NCBI GenBank assembly: GCA_963702845.1
Contig: OY969763.1
Location: forward strand, 2,176,001 to 2,240,000
DNA from: an uncultured Verrucomicrobiae bacterium
GTDB lineage: Bacteria; Verrucomicrobiota; Verrucomicrobiia; Limisphaerales; Palsa-1400
Direction: 5' to 3'
Length of the DNA: 64,000 nucleotides
In this document: positions 19,641-28,949 of the stretch, piece by piece
How positions within the stretch are numbered: position 1 is the stretch's first letter
Layout of the letters: the number at the start of each line of letters is the position of its first letter
The notes under the pieces: generated by a model
Database searches by the model: none
What the model was told of the DNA's origin: nothing
What the model saw: the letters and a program-made list of their open reading frames with translations, nothing else
Program-made: the position numbers and the translations under genes

Positions 19641-20051
19641 ATGCTACGGTCCATTATTGTGTTTGTGAGATATGTCGCCGCAATTGTTGTGGCGTACATA
19701 GTTTCTTTTGCCGTGTTCTTCGGTGGAGCAGCATTGGTATACGTCATTTTTAAGAATTGTCCTGAGTGGATGATGAGGTTCGCTATGGGAGCTCAGTTTG
19801 CTCTGTTTGCGGCCGTTGGCTTTTGTGGGGTAATCTCAGGCACTCTGTGTCTGGAGAAAAAAGGTCGGCGCCTTGGTTCGGTTGTGTTGTCATTGTTAGG
19901 CTTGGCGTTCTATGCGTGGTTTACTCTTACGACGGAAGGGGATGAGCCGGGAGGAAATGTGTGGTTTCCTTACGTTTGGCTCTTGCCGTTAGCTATCGGC
20001 GGCTCGCTGGGATTTCTATTCTTTTTCCGGCAGCAATTGACACGCGATTGA
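19641..20051 (+). CDS. Four-TM hypothetical membrane protein
   Basis: Four hydrophobic segments; ATG start. Confidence 0.6.
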   Translation: MLRSIIVFVRYVAAIVVAYIVSFAVFFGGAALVYVIFKNCPEWMMRFAMGAQFALFAAVGFCGVISGTLCLEKKGRRLGSVVLSLLGLAFYAWFTLTTEGDEPGGNVWFPYVWLLPLAIGGSLGFLFFFRQQLTRD

Positions 20052-20107
20052 TTAGCGCTGGCGGTTTCGTCGCGCCCTCACCGGTGGCGTCCATTTACTG
20101 CACGTTT

Positions 20108-20950
20108 TTAACTCGTCGTCACCGTCCACCCCCGCGCGAATAAGGTATTTTTGCTGGTGACACCGGCGGCGCTGGGGGCGGCGTTGGTGCCGTTGCAAAT
20201 GACGTTGCCGTTGTGCGCGCCGTTGGTGACGAGTTGGGCGAGGAGATTGTCGACTTTGGCGCTGTCCCAACCGCAATCGATGGCGGTGATGTCGAGGGTG
20301 GCGGCGGGAATAGTTGGAACAACCGTCCAGGCGGTGCCGTTGATGTAGAGCGCGCCGAGGCTGGCGGGCAAGGCGGGCAATGTGGTGAACGGGCACTGTC
20401 CGGCGTTGAGTTGTGTCAGCGCGGTCCCGGCCAAAGCGGGCAAGGCAGTGAGGCCGCTTTGCGACACGTTGAGCTGGACCAAGGTCGCGGGCAAGGCAGG
20501 CAAGCTGGTGAGGTTCGCGCAGGCGGTGATGTCGAGGTCTTGGAGCGCGGGCGGCAAGGCCGGGATGGAAGTGTAGAGGGCGGCGGCCATGGAAAGGGAG
20601 ATGAGCGCGGCGGGGAAAGTGCAGAGCAAAGGTTCGGGCGCGCCGGCGCTGTCGAGGAGGAGGGACTGAATGGTGCTCGGGAGCGTGAGGTTGGTGACGG
20701 CGCTGCCGGTGAAGCTGATGTCCACGCAAGCGCTGAAGGTGCCTTCGGAAAATTTTATGGTGGTGGCCTCATGACCGTCGGCGATGATTTCGCTGATGCC
20801 GTCGGGAAAAGAGCCGCCGCTGAAAATGATGGGGTGATTGCTTCCCGGCGACCAGCTGATGAAGTCAGCGAGGGTGCCGGTGGGCGTGCTGCTGGGAACG
20901 GCTTCCAAGCCGCGTTCGCGCAAATATTTTCTGATTTCTTCGATGGTCAT
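20108..20950 (-). CDS. Leucine-rich repeat protein (LPxLPxxL type)
   Basis: Repeats LTSLPALPATLVQLNV, FTTLPALPASLGALYI; start placed downstream of the REP. Confidence 0.7.
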   Translation of the reverse strand: MTIEEIRKYLRERGLEAVPSSTPTGTLADFISWSPGSNHPIIFSGGSFPDGISEIIADGHEATTIKFSEGTFSACVDISFTGSAVTNLTLPSTIQSLLLDSAGAPEPLLCTFPAALISLSMAAALYTSIPALPPALQDLDITACANLTSLPALPATLVQLNVSQSGLTALPALAGTALTQLNAGQCPFTTLPALPASLGALYINGTAWTVVPTIPAATLDITAIDCGWDSAKVDNLLAQLVTNGAHNGNVICNGTNAAPSAAGVTSKNTLFARGWTVTTS

Positions 20951-20968
20951 GGTGGTATTGGTGGAAAA

Positions 20969-21047
20969 GGTAGGGACGCGTTCCACCGCGTCCCCAATAT
21001 TATTTTTGTGAAGGAAAGAATGGGACGACGTGGAAGTCGTCCCTACC
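20969..21047. repeat. Inverted pair of GTAG-type REP hairpins
   Basis: GGTAGGGACGCGTTCCACCGCGTCCC and GGGACGACGTGGAAGTCGTCCCTACC. Confidence 0.75.
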
Positions 21048-21049
21048 GG

Positions 21050-21670
21050 TTACGGTTTGCAACTGACCACGACTTCATTGCTGAAGTTGCCGACGACCTG
21101 GTCGTTGACCATGAACTTGGCGCGGTATTCGCGCAACTCGGCTTTGCCCACGGCGAGCATGGGCCGGTTATCGAGGTAAGGCGAATGCAGCGGAGTCGCC
21201 AAACGGGTGAAGTCCGGTTCATCGCCGCGTTTGCATTCGATGTAAATGGCTTCGCTCAGGCCGCGCTTGGCCCGGATTTCGACAATGCCACCGCCTTTAT
21301 CCACGGCGCTCAATTCGGGCGCGGTAGTGTTCAGGTCATCGGTGATTTCAGGGCCGACGATGCCGAGGGCGTCGGCGATGGCCGGTGTCAAATTGCTGGA
21401 AGCGCGGGCTTTTTTGGCGGCGAGCCGGGCGTGGGTTTCGGCGCCGAGACGACTCATCGTTTTGGCGTCGGCGGCGGCTTTGGCGGCAGCTTTGGCCGCG
21501 ACGTTGGCGGAGAACTTGGTGTGAATATCGGTGTTATCAGCCGTAATCGGGGCCGTATCACCGACGACTAACCCAAGAGTAGCCGCATTGGCCAGAAGCT
21601 GAGTCTTGAAGTTATCGTGCCAGGCCAGGAAGGCATCGTCGCCACGGGGAATGAATCCATCTCTTTGCAT
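21050..21670 (-). CDS. Hypothetical protein (helical N-terminus, FN3-like C-terminus)
   Basis: FIPRGDDAFLAWHDNF; SPYLDNRP...REYRAKF...VGNFSNEV; clean GC-rich ORF. Confidence 0.7.
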   Translation of the reverse strand: MQRDGFIPRGDDAFLAWHDNFKTQLLANAATLGLVVGDTAPITADNTDIHTKFSANVAAKAAAKAAADAKTMSRLGAETHARLAAKKARASSNLTPAIADALGIVGPEITDDLNTTAPELSAVDKGGGIVEIRAKRGLSEAIYIECKRGDEPDFTRLATPLHSPYLDNRPMLAVGKAELREYRAKFMVNDQVVGNFSNEVVVSCKP

Positions 21671-21740
21671 ATGTTGTTTATTTCTAAGTGTTTATACCAT
21701 TGTTTAGGACTAGTTTTTGGAGGTTGGGAGGATTTGTCCA

Positions 21741-21966
21741 GAGCCGCCGAACAACCGTACAGCGGCGCTGTGCAACTGTTCGGAGCGGCTGAACAACAGT
21801 ACAGAACCGCTGTACGGTTGCACGGCGGCGCTGAACAACAGTACCCGAGCCGCCGTCCAATTGAACGCCGCCGCCGAACAACCGTACAGAGCGGCCGTAC
21901 AACAGGTACGGAGCCGCTGTGCAATTGAACGGAGGGATTGTACAAACGGACGAAGGAAGTACAACG
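21741..21966. repeat. Degenerate 21-bp tandem array (about 10-11 units)
   Basis: Units such as gagccgccgaacaaccgtaca, gcggcgctgtgcaactgttcg, gagcggctgaacaacagtaca, gagccgctgtgcaattgaacg. Confidence 0.85.
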
Positions 21967-22076
21967 TCGCGCCCAAGCTCCGGATACCGATTCCGGAACG
22001 CCCACCCGTGCTTTTTTGAACCCGCCACATTTTCCGCCCGCGTTTGTGCCAAAGGCCCAAGGTGAGGTCAAGTGTT

Positions 22077-22188
22077 TGTTGCGCTTGATTCGCAGCGGCA
22101 GCAGAACAATAGTCTCCTCAACCAATATGAACCAACCGTTCGTATATCAAAATGACCGCGACACCCCGTCGCATAATCATTGTTAGAC
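22077..22188 (+). repeat. Platform repeat copy 4 (attI-like; leader ORF 22127-22186)
   Basis: Ends CGCATAATCATTGTTAGAC. Confidence 0.92.
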
Positions 22189-22199
22189 CACTGTGCCTT

Positions 22200-22544
22200 A
22201 TGACATGGAAGCGATGCTTCACAAAGAAAATCTTGGGACTCGTGTTAGCGGCCATCATTTTCTTAGGGCTGCTCACGGAATTCATCGGCGCACCGCAGGT
22301 CCACAAGGTGGTAGTCGCCACGATGCCCATCAAACCATCTTTCACGGAGATTTCGCGTGATAACACCCAGCGTGTTGCTGGTCCGGTTTATTACTGCAGT
22401 GCGGTAGCGTATGCTCCGTTTCTCGTTCGGGTCGATTACGGTTGGAACGCAGGCGGCGAGACCGGCGGAGGTGCGAGTGCGTTTTACTTTTGGATTTTTG
22501 GCATCACATTTCGAGTTCACGAGTTTGGGCATTGGATGTCATGA
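22200..22544 (+). CDS. Gene cassette: hypothetical membrane-anchored protein
   Basis: Bounded by GTTAGAC (22182) and GTCTAAC (22555). Confidence 0.65.
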   Translation: MTWKRCFTKKILGLVLAAIIFLGLLTEFIGAPQVHKVVVATMPIKPSFTEISRDNTQRVAGPVYYCSAVAYAPFLVRVDYGWNAGGETGGGASAFYFWIFGITFRVHEFGHWMS

Positions 22545-22554
22545 TTTACCAAAA

Positions 22555-22645
22555 GTCTAACAAGAGCGCTGCAGGCACGCGCGGGATTCCCGCTCTGTTC
22601 CATACCGAACGCTCGCCCCGCTCTGCCTGAGCGCTGTCGTTAGAC
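22555..22645 (+). other. attC site (complete, 91 bp)
   Basis: GTCTAAC-AAGAGCGCTGCAGGCA...TGCCTGAGCGCTGTC-GTTAGAC imperfect palindrome. Confidence 0.88.
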
Positions 22646-22660
22646 TGCTTCGCACTTTCC

Positions 22661-25072
22661 CTACGCGCTCCACTTCCAATCGCGCATCTCCGGCATGTCG
22701 TCGCCGTGCTCGCGGATGTAATGTTTGTGTTCCATGAGTTTGTTTTGGATGGCCTGTTTGGCGTAGGCGGCCCGCGCGCCCAGTTGCGGCAGGCGGTCGA
22801 TCACGTCGGCGAAGAGATGGAATCGGTCCAGGTCGTTCAAGACGACCATGTCAAAGGGCGTCGTGGTGGTGCCTTCCTCTTTGTAGCCGCGCACGTGGAT
22901 GTTGCTGTGATTGGTGCGGCGATAGGTCAGCCGATGGATCAGCCACGGATAACCGTGAAAGGCAAAGATGACCGGCTTGTCGGTGGTGAAGAGGTCGTCG
23001 AAATCCGCGTCGGACAATCCGTGCGGGTGTTCGCTGCACGGCTGGAGTTTCATCAGGTCAACGACGTTGATGACGCGGACTTTTAATTGCGGCAGGTGTT
23101 GGCGCAGGAGTTTGACGGCGGCGAGTGTTTCCAAAGTCGGAATGTCACCGGCGCAGGCCATGACGACGTCGGGCTCGGAGCCTTTGTCGTTGCTGGCCCA
23201 TTCCCAAATGCTGATGCCCGCGGTGCAGTGTTTGATGGCGGCGTCCATGTCGAGCCATTGCGGCGCGGGATGTTTGCCGCCCACGACGACGTTGACGTAA
23301 TTGCGGCTGCGCATGCAATGATCGGTCACGGAGAGCAAGGTGTTGGCGTCCGGCGGAAGGTAGACGCGGATGACTTCGGATTTTTTGTTCACGACGTGAT
23401 CGATGAACCCGGGATCCTGGTGGCTGAAGCCGTTGTGGTCCTGCCGCCAAACGTGCGAGCTGAGGAAATAGTTCAGCGATGCAATGGGCGCGCGCCACGG
23501 AATATGGCGAATGACCTTCAACCATTTGGCGTGTTGGTTGAACATGGAGTCGATGATGTGAATGAAGGCTTCGTAGCAACTGAACCAACCATGGCGGCCG
23601 GTGAGCAGATAACCTTCGAGCCAGCCCTGGCATTGATGCTCGCTCAAGACTTCCATGATGCGGCCGTCGGGCGAGACGTTTTCATCGGTGGGCAAGCGCT
23701 CCGCCATCCAGCAACGCTTGTCGACTTCGAAGGCAGCACCCCAACGATTGGAAGCGGTTTCGTCCGGGCTGAAGATGCGGAAGGTGTGTGAATTGTTTTT
23801 GAGAACGTCGCGGATGAAGTTGCCTTGGATCGTTGCCGACGAAACTTCGACATCGCCGGGTTTGGTCACTTTCACGGCGTAGTCGCGGAAATCCGGCATG
23901 CGCAGTTCGCGCAGGATCATCCCGCCGTTGGCATGTGGATTGGCGCTCATGCGGAGATTACCTTTCGGCGCAATCTCGGCGAACTCCTGTTTGAAAGCGC
24001 CATTCTTGTCGAAGAGTTCCTCCGGCTTATAGCTCTTCATCCAATGCTCGAGGATTTTGACGTGGCCAGGTTGATCCATATCGCCCATCGGCACTTGATG
24101 GGAGCGGAACGTGCCTTCGGTCGGTTTGCCGTCCACTTCTTTCGGTCCAGTCCAACCTTTCGGCGTGCGCATGATGATCATCGGCCACATCGGACGCGTC
24201 AGATCCTTTTTCACGCGCGCGTTCTGCTGGATGTCTTTGATTTCGGCGAAGACCGTGTCGAGCGTCGACGCCATCAGTTGATGCATCGTCTTGGGATCAT
24301 CGCCCTCGACGAAATATGGCTTGTAGCCGTAACCAACAAAAAGGCTTTCCAGTTCTTCCCGCGGAATCCGCGCAAGGAAACACGGCCCGGCGATCTTGTA
24401 GCCGTTGAGATGCAGAATAGGCAGCACCGCGCCGTCGCGAGCGGGATTAAGGAATTTGTTTGAATGCCAGCTCGTGGCCATCGGACCGGTTTCGGCTTCG
24501 CCATCACCGACCACACATGCGGTGATCAAATCTGGATTATCGAGCACCGCACCATAGGCGTGCGAGAGGGCGTAGCCGAGTTCGCCACCTTCGTGAATTG
24601 AACCGGGCGTCTCAGGAGCGACGTGGCTCGGGATACCGCCCGGGAACGAGAACTGTTTAAAGAGTTTGCACATCCCGTCTTCATCTTGCGCAATGTTCGG
24701 GTAAACCTCGCTGTAGGTGCCTTCGAGATAAGTATTGGCGACAAGACCAGGACCACCGTGACCGGGACCGGTGACGTAAATAATACTGAGGTCCCGCGCA
24801 TTGATAATGCGATTGAGGTGGACGTAGATAAAATTCAGTCCGGGCGTAGTGCCCCAGTGACCAAGCAGACGCGGCTTGATGTCCTCGCGTTTGAGCGGAG
24901 TTTTCAGCAAGGGGTTTTTGAACAGGTAGATTTGGCCGACGGACAGATAGTTCGCGGCGCGCCACCATGCGTCCATTTTCTTGAGTTGATCGGGCGTGAG
25001 AGGCCCGCCAGCGGCTTTGGGTTCTGGAACGCGACGGCCAGCGGAAAGACGTGGAGATTCGGTCAGTTTCAT
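22661..25072 (-). CDS. xfp: Phosphoketolase (xylulose-5-P/fructose-6-P)
   Basis: [67 protein letters not shown]. Confidence 0.97.
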   Translation of the reverse strand: MKLTESPRLSAGRRVPEPKAAGGPLTPDQLKKMDAWWRAANYLSVGQIYLFKNPLLKTPLKREDIKPRLLGHWGTTPGLNFIYVHLNRIINARDLSIIYVTGPGHGGPGLVANTYLEGTYSEVYPNIAQDEDGMCKLFKQFSFPGGIPSHVAPETPGSIHEGGELGYALSHAYGAVLDNPDLITACVVGDGEAETGPMATSWHSNKFLNPARDGAVLPILHLNGYKIAGPCFLARIPREELESLFVGYGYKPYFVEGDDPKTMHQLMASTLDTVFAEIKDIQQNARVKKDLTRPMWPMIIMRTPKGWTGPKEVDGKPTEGTFRSHQVPMGDMDQPGHVKILEHWMKSYKPEELFDKNGAFKQEFAEIAPKGNLRMSANPHANGGMILRELRMPDFRDYAVKVTKPGDVEVSSATIQGNFIRDVLKNNSHTFRIFSPDETASNRWGAAFEVDKRCWMAERLPTDENVSPDGRIMEVLSEHQCQGWLEGYLLTGRHGWFSCYEAFIHIIDSMFNQHAKWLKVIRHIPWRAPIASLNYFLSSHVWRQDHNGFSHQDPGFIDHVVNKKSEVIRVYLPPDANTLLSVTDHCMRSRNYVNVVVGGKHPAPQWLDMDAAIKHCTAGISIWEWASNDKGSEPDVVMACAGDIPTLETLAAVKLLRQHLPQLKVRVINVVDLMKLQPCSEHPHGLSDADFDDLFTTDKPVIFAFHGYPWLIHRLTYRRTNHSNIHVRGYKEEGTTTTPFDMVVLNDLDRFHLFADVIDRLPQLGARAAYAKQAIQNKLMEHKHYIREHGDDMPEMRDWKWSA

Positions 25073-26244
25073 ATTGTTTCCTTCTCGCTAAGCAAGGCGC
25101 TCACAGTTTGCGCAATAAACATTTCTTCATCGGTTTTAATAACATACACAGTAACCTTGCTTTCGCTCTTCGAAATGATCGTCGCGTTTTGTTGATTTGC
25201 AATCGGGTCAAGTTTGATGCCGATAAACTCCAAACCTTCACAGAGACGAGCGCGGATCGCTGAGGAGCTTTCACCAATGCCGCCGGAGAAAATTAATGTG
25301 TCGAATCCGTCCATCGTCGCGGCGAGCGCGGCGAGATGCTTTTTCGCGTTGTAACAAAACGAGGCGACGGCATCGGCGGCGCGCGGATCTTTTGCTTCAG
25401 CTTCGAGCAGATCGCGCATATCGGAACTGATTTCCGAAATGCCCAGCAAACCGGATTCGGCGTTGACCATGTGCTGGAATCGTTCCACCGACATGTTCTC
25501 AGTCCGAGCAAAATAAGCGGCGAGGCTGGGGTCGAGATCACCGGTGCGACGGCTCATGACAAGACCGGCTGTTGGGGTGAAAGACATCGTGGTGTCGACC
25601 GAACGCCCTTGATGAACGGCGGTCATGCTCGCGCCATTGCCGAGGTGCGCGATGATGATGCGGCTGTTAGCGACATCGGGACCGTACGTTTGCTCCAGTT
25701 GTTGCATCAGCCAAGAGCAAGAGAGGCCGTGAAAGCCGTAACGGCGAATGCCGTGCTTCTCGTATTTACGGGGAATTGGAAGCAGGTATGCGACGCGCGG
25801 GAGGTCGCGATGAAAGGCCGTGTCAAAGCAGGCAAATTGCGGCACGTCTGGAAAAAGTTCTGCGCAGCTACGCATGACGGAGATTTCGGCCGGCAGGTGT
25901 TCGGGGTCAAAAGGGCTAAGGCGTTCCAGTTCGGCAAGCATTGTTGAATCGATGCGCTGATGCTGACGATAACGTGGCCCGCCGTGCACGACGCGATGGC
26001 CGATGGCGCTTAGCTCGTCCGTTCCGAGCGTCTTTTTGATGGGCTGCAGGAGCAGCGGCAAAGCTTCAGCGTGACTGTGGATATTCAACGTCCGCTGCTC
26101 AGAGCCGAGATGAAGGACCGGATCAGCGAGACCGATGCGGTCTATTTTGCCGGCAACGCTACGGCTAAGGTCGCTCGCGCCATTTATGAAGAGTGCGAAC
26201 TTCAAGCTCGAGGAACCGCCGTTAATTGTCAGGATCGCGGACAC
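25069..26244 (-). CDS. ackA: Acetate/propionate kinase
   Basis: [53 protein letters not shown] start inferred. Confidence 0.93.
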   Translation of the reverse strand: MSAILTINGGSSSLKFALFINGASDLSRSVAGKIDRIGLADPVLHLGSEQRTLNIHSHAEALPLLLQPIKKTLGTDELSAIGHRVVHGGPRYRQHQRIDSTMLAELERLSPFDPEHLPAEISVMRSCAELFPDVPQFACFDTAFHRDLPRVAYLLPIPRKYEKHGIRRYGFHGLSCSWLMQQLEQTYGPDVANSRIIIAHLGNGASMTAVHQGRSVDTTMSFTPTAGLVMSRRTGDLDPSLAAYFARTENMSVERFQHMVNAESGLLGISEISSDMRDLLEAEAKDPRAADAVASFCYNAKKHLAALAATMDGFDTLIFSGGIGESSSAIRARLCEGLEFIGIKLDPIANQQNATIISKSESKVTVYVIKTDEEMFIAQTVSALLSEKETI

Positions 26245-26304
26245 GCGGAAGTGTAAAACAAAAAGTTGATTTCGCCATATCCAGTTTAGACTGATAGCCG
26301 AAGC

Positions 26305-27399
26305 ATGAAAACAAGCATTGGTGTGTTGTTGTTGGCTGGGGGCATAATTGTGTCGTGCGTCACAACTCGAGCTGAACCACGCGCATATAAGGATCTCACG
26401 TTCACGGAATTCTTCCGGCGCACGAACGGATGGGTTTCCGGCGACGGGGCGGTTTCGGTTCCACTTTCCGATGGACGGGTGCTTTGGCTTTTCGGCGACA
26501 GTCACCTCGATGATTACGATCCAACAACGAAGACGACGGCTTGTCTGTTTCAATGTCGGAATGCTGGATTGTTGCAGAGCAATCGAACGGATTTGAAGAG
26601 AGCGCGCACCTTGCAGACGACCAAACCTGTTTTCAGATCCTGGTTCAAGAATTCGACCAATGAGGATTTGTGGTTTTGGCCGATGTGCGGATTTCAGAAG
26701 AAGGACGTGGTCTATATATACCTGTGCGCGATGAAAAAAACCGGCGAAGGCATGTGGGGATTTGCCAGCGCTGGAGCTGATTGTTGGGGAAAGGTTGCGT
26801 TCCCGAGCATGGAGATTGTTGATTACATTCCCCTGCCCCACTTCGATGGCGTGCAGATGGGACAAGGGTTTGTCGAGGAGGATGGATGGATTTATGCGTT
26901 CGGAAGCAGGGCACACGGGATTGCATCCGATGTCATTGTGGCACGATTCAAGCCTGATGAACCGACTGGCTCGTGGGGTTTCTGGGATGGCACGAATTGG
27001 AACGGGACGTGCACCAATGCAGCCTTGATCGGGCGAGCGAATGTTGGCGTGCATGTTTGTCGTGTGCGTGGGAGTTACGTGCTGACGTCGGGAGCGTTCA
27101 GTATGGCGTGTGATCAGGGGCACGAAGTTTTCATGGCGACGAGCGACAAGCCGAACGGTCCGTTTTCTAAACTGAAAAAAGTGTGGACGGTCGATGACAC
27201 GTATAAAGGGCACTATCCGTTTTACTATATTCCACAGGCGCACCCGGAATTCATCAATGGACGCGATGAGATTTTGGTGACGTATTCGATCAATGGCTAT
27301 GAACCGGCGGTGGCGACGTGCGTCGATGGACGTGCCATTCCGGATCATTATCGGCCCAAGGCGATTCGGGTGCCGCTGAAGATGATTGGCATTAAATAA
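26305..27399 (+). CDS. Secreted DUF4185/DUF5005-like beta-propeller protein
   Basis: Signal peptide; GWVSGDGAVSVPLSDGRVLWLFGDS; YIPQAHPE. Confidence 0.65.
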   Translation: MKTSIGVLLLAGGIIVSCVTTRAEPRAYKDLTFTEFFRRTNGWVSGDGAVSVPLSDGRVLWLFGDSHLDDYDPTTKTTACLFQCRNAGLLQSNRTDLKRARTLQTTKPVFRSWFKNSTNEDLWFWPMCGFQKKDVVYIYLCAMKKTGEGMWGFASAGADCWGKVAFPSMEIVDYIPLPHFDGVQMGQGFVEEDGWIYAFGSRAHGIASDVIVARFKPDEPTGSWGFWDGTNWNGTCTNAALIGRANVGVHVCRVRGSYVLTSGAFSMACDQGHEVFMATSDKPNGPFSKLKKVWTVDDTYKGHYPFYYIPQAHPEFINGRDEILVTYSINGYEPAVATCVDGRAIPDHYRPKAIRVPLKMIGIK

Positions 27400-27403
27400 A
27401 GTT

Positions 27404-27429
27404 AGAGACTCGTCACCTCGTCTCCTACA
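27404..27429 (-). repeat. GTAG-type REP hairpin
   Basis: Reverse complement TGTAGGAGACGAGGTGACGAGTCTCT. Confidence 0.55.
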
Positions 27430-27445
27430 AGCGACGACTTGAAGA

Positions 27446-27943
27446 ATGGCGATTCTTTGGAACGTTGAATACGTGACTACAACACATTCCATTGAGGCGG
27501 ATGAACGCGGGTTGTTGGTGCAATGTCCGAAGTGCGACAAAACCAATCGCATGGATTACGCGCGACTGGGAGAGACGTTTCGCTGCGGGAGTTGCCAGAC
27601 GGAATTAGTGGCACCAAATGCGCCGGTTGAGATTTCCAGTGACGCCGCGTTTGATGCGTTGACGAGTAAGTCGACGCTGCCGGTTGTGATTGATTTTTGG
27701 GCGTCGTGGTGCGGGCCGTGCAAAATGTTTGCGCCGGAGTTTGCGCGTGCCGCGCAGGCGAATGCGGGCAAATGGATCGCGGCAAAGGTGAACACGGAAG
27801 AGTTGCCGGGAGTTGCGCAGCGATTTGGAATCCAAGCGATTCCGACGCTGGCGTTATACAAAGGCGGACGCGAAGTGGCGCGCAAACAAGGTGCATTGCC
27901 AGCAGCGGCACTCGAACGATTTGTTTCGCAATCGATCCAATGA
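27446..27943 (+). CDS. trxC: Thioredoxin 2 with N-terminal Zn finger
   Basis: CPKC...CGSC plus WCGPC; true start may be GTG 27473. Confidence 0.88.
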   Translation: MAILWNVEYVTTTHSIEADERGLLVQCPKCDKTNRMDYARLGETFRCGSCQTELVAPNAPVEISSDAAFDALTSKSTLPVVIDFWASWCGPCKMFAPEFARAAQANAGKWIAAKVNTEELPGVAQRFGIQAIPTLALYKGGREVARKQGALPAAALERFVSQSIQ

Positions 27944-28800
27944 AAGCTTCGGGGATAAAAACGGTACGGATTCCTTCGGGTCGTGAGATTCCGATGGTCG
28001 GCCAGGGGACGTGGCGAATGGGTGAAAACCGCTCGGAACGAGATGCTGAAATCGCGGCGCTACGGCTCGGGTTGGAGCTTGGCATCACGCTAATTGATAC
28101 CGCTGAGATGTACGGCGAAGGAGGTGCCGAGATTATCGTTGGTGAAGCGATTGCGGGGCGGCGCGACGAAGTGTTTTTGGTCAGCAAAATTTATCCGCAT
28201 CACGCCTGTCACGAAGGGACACAGCAGGCTTGTGAGCGCAGTTTGAAACGGCTCAAGACGGATCGTCTCGACCTGTATCTTCTGCACTGGCGCGAATCGA
28301 TTCCGCTGGAGGAAACGGTTGAGGCGTTTCTCAAGCTGAAGGCCGAGGGAAAGATTTTGGACTTCGGTGTTAGCAATTTTGATCTGTCGGATATGGAGGA
28401 CGCGGCTCGCTTGCCCGGTGGCGATCAAGTCGCAACGAATCAGGTTTATTACAACCTGGAGCATCGCGGGATTGAGTTTGATTTGATGCCGTGGTGTGCG
28501 GAACGCGGGATTCCAATGATGGCCTACTCGCCTCTGAAAAGTTCCGGTGATGATAAACACGCCTTGCTCGGGCAATCGGCGTTGAAGCGAATTGCTAAAG
28601 CGCACAATGCGACGACGGCGCAGATTGCGTTGGCATGGTTGTTGCATATGGGTGTCGTGGTGATTCCGAAAGCGGTCAAACCGGAGCATGTGCGGGAGAA
28701 TCGCGCGGTCGCGGAAATTCAACTCACGACCAGCGATCTCAAAGCTCTCGACAAAGCGTTTCCGCCACCGGCGCGCAAGGTGCCTTTGGCTATGCGTTAG
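27940..28800 (+). CDS. Aldo/keto reductase
   Basis: GQGTW, IDTAEMYG, LVSK, DLYLLHW, GVSNF, AYSPL, VIPKA. Confidence 0.93.
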   Translation: MKASGIKTVRIPSGREIPMVGQGTWRMGENRSERDAEIAALRLGLELGITLIDTAEMYGEGGAEIIVGEAIAGRRDEVFLVSKIYPHHACHEGTQQACERSLKRLKTDRLDLYLLHWRESIPLEETVEAFLKLKAEGKILDFGVSNFDLSDMEDAARLPGGDQVATNQVYYNLEHRGIEFDLMPWCAERGIPMMAYSPLKSSGDDKHALLGQSALKRIAKAHNATTAQIALAWLLHMGVVVIPKAVKPEHVRENRAVAEIQLTTSDLKALDKAFPPPARKVPLAMR

Positions 28801-28949
28801 AGCCGCGGCCCAGAACGTCCGGTCCGCCGAAACTCAGAAAAGGAAATGTAACGTCACGCCTAAGCACCGTCTTCGCATGCCTATTCGCTCTATGCGGAAA
28901 ATATGGTGGTGGTCGATTGGCGTTTGCTTTTATATATGCCGAGCAGTTT

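Noticed and set aside
21741..21966. 21-bp array as CRISPR
   Set aside because: Tandem degenerate units with no unique spacers
9498..22188. Platform repeats as a CRISPR array
   Set aside because: Repeats are ~110 bp with kb-scale gene-containing intervals, and there are no cas genes
26245..27552. N-terminal extension of the 827-aa ackA ORF
   Set aside because: Antisense shadow of the 26305-27399 gene; kinase motifs start at ~26244
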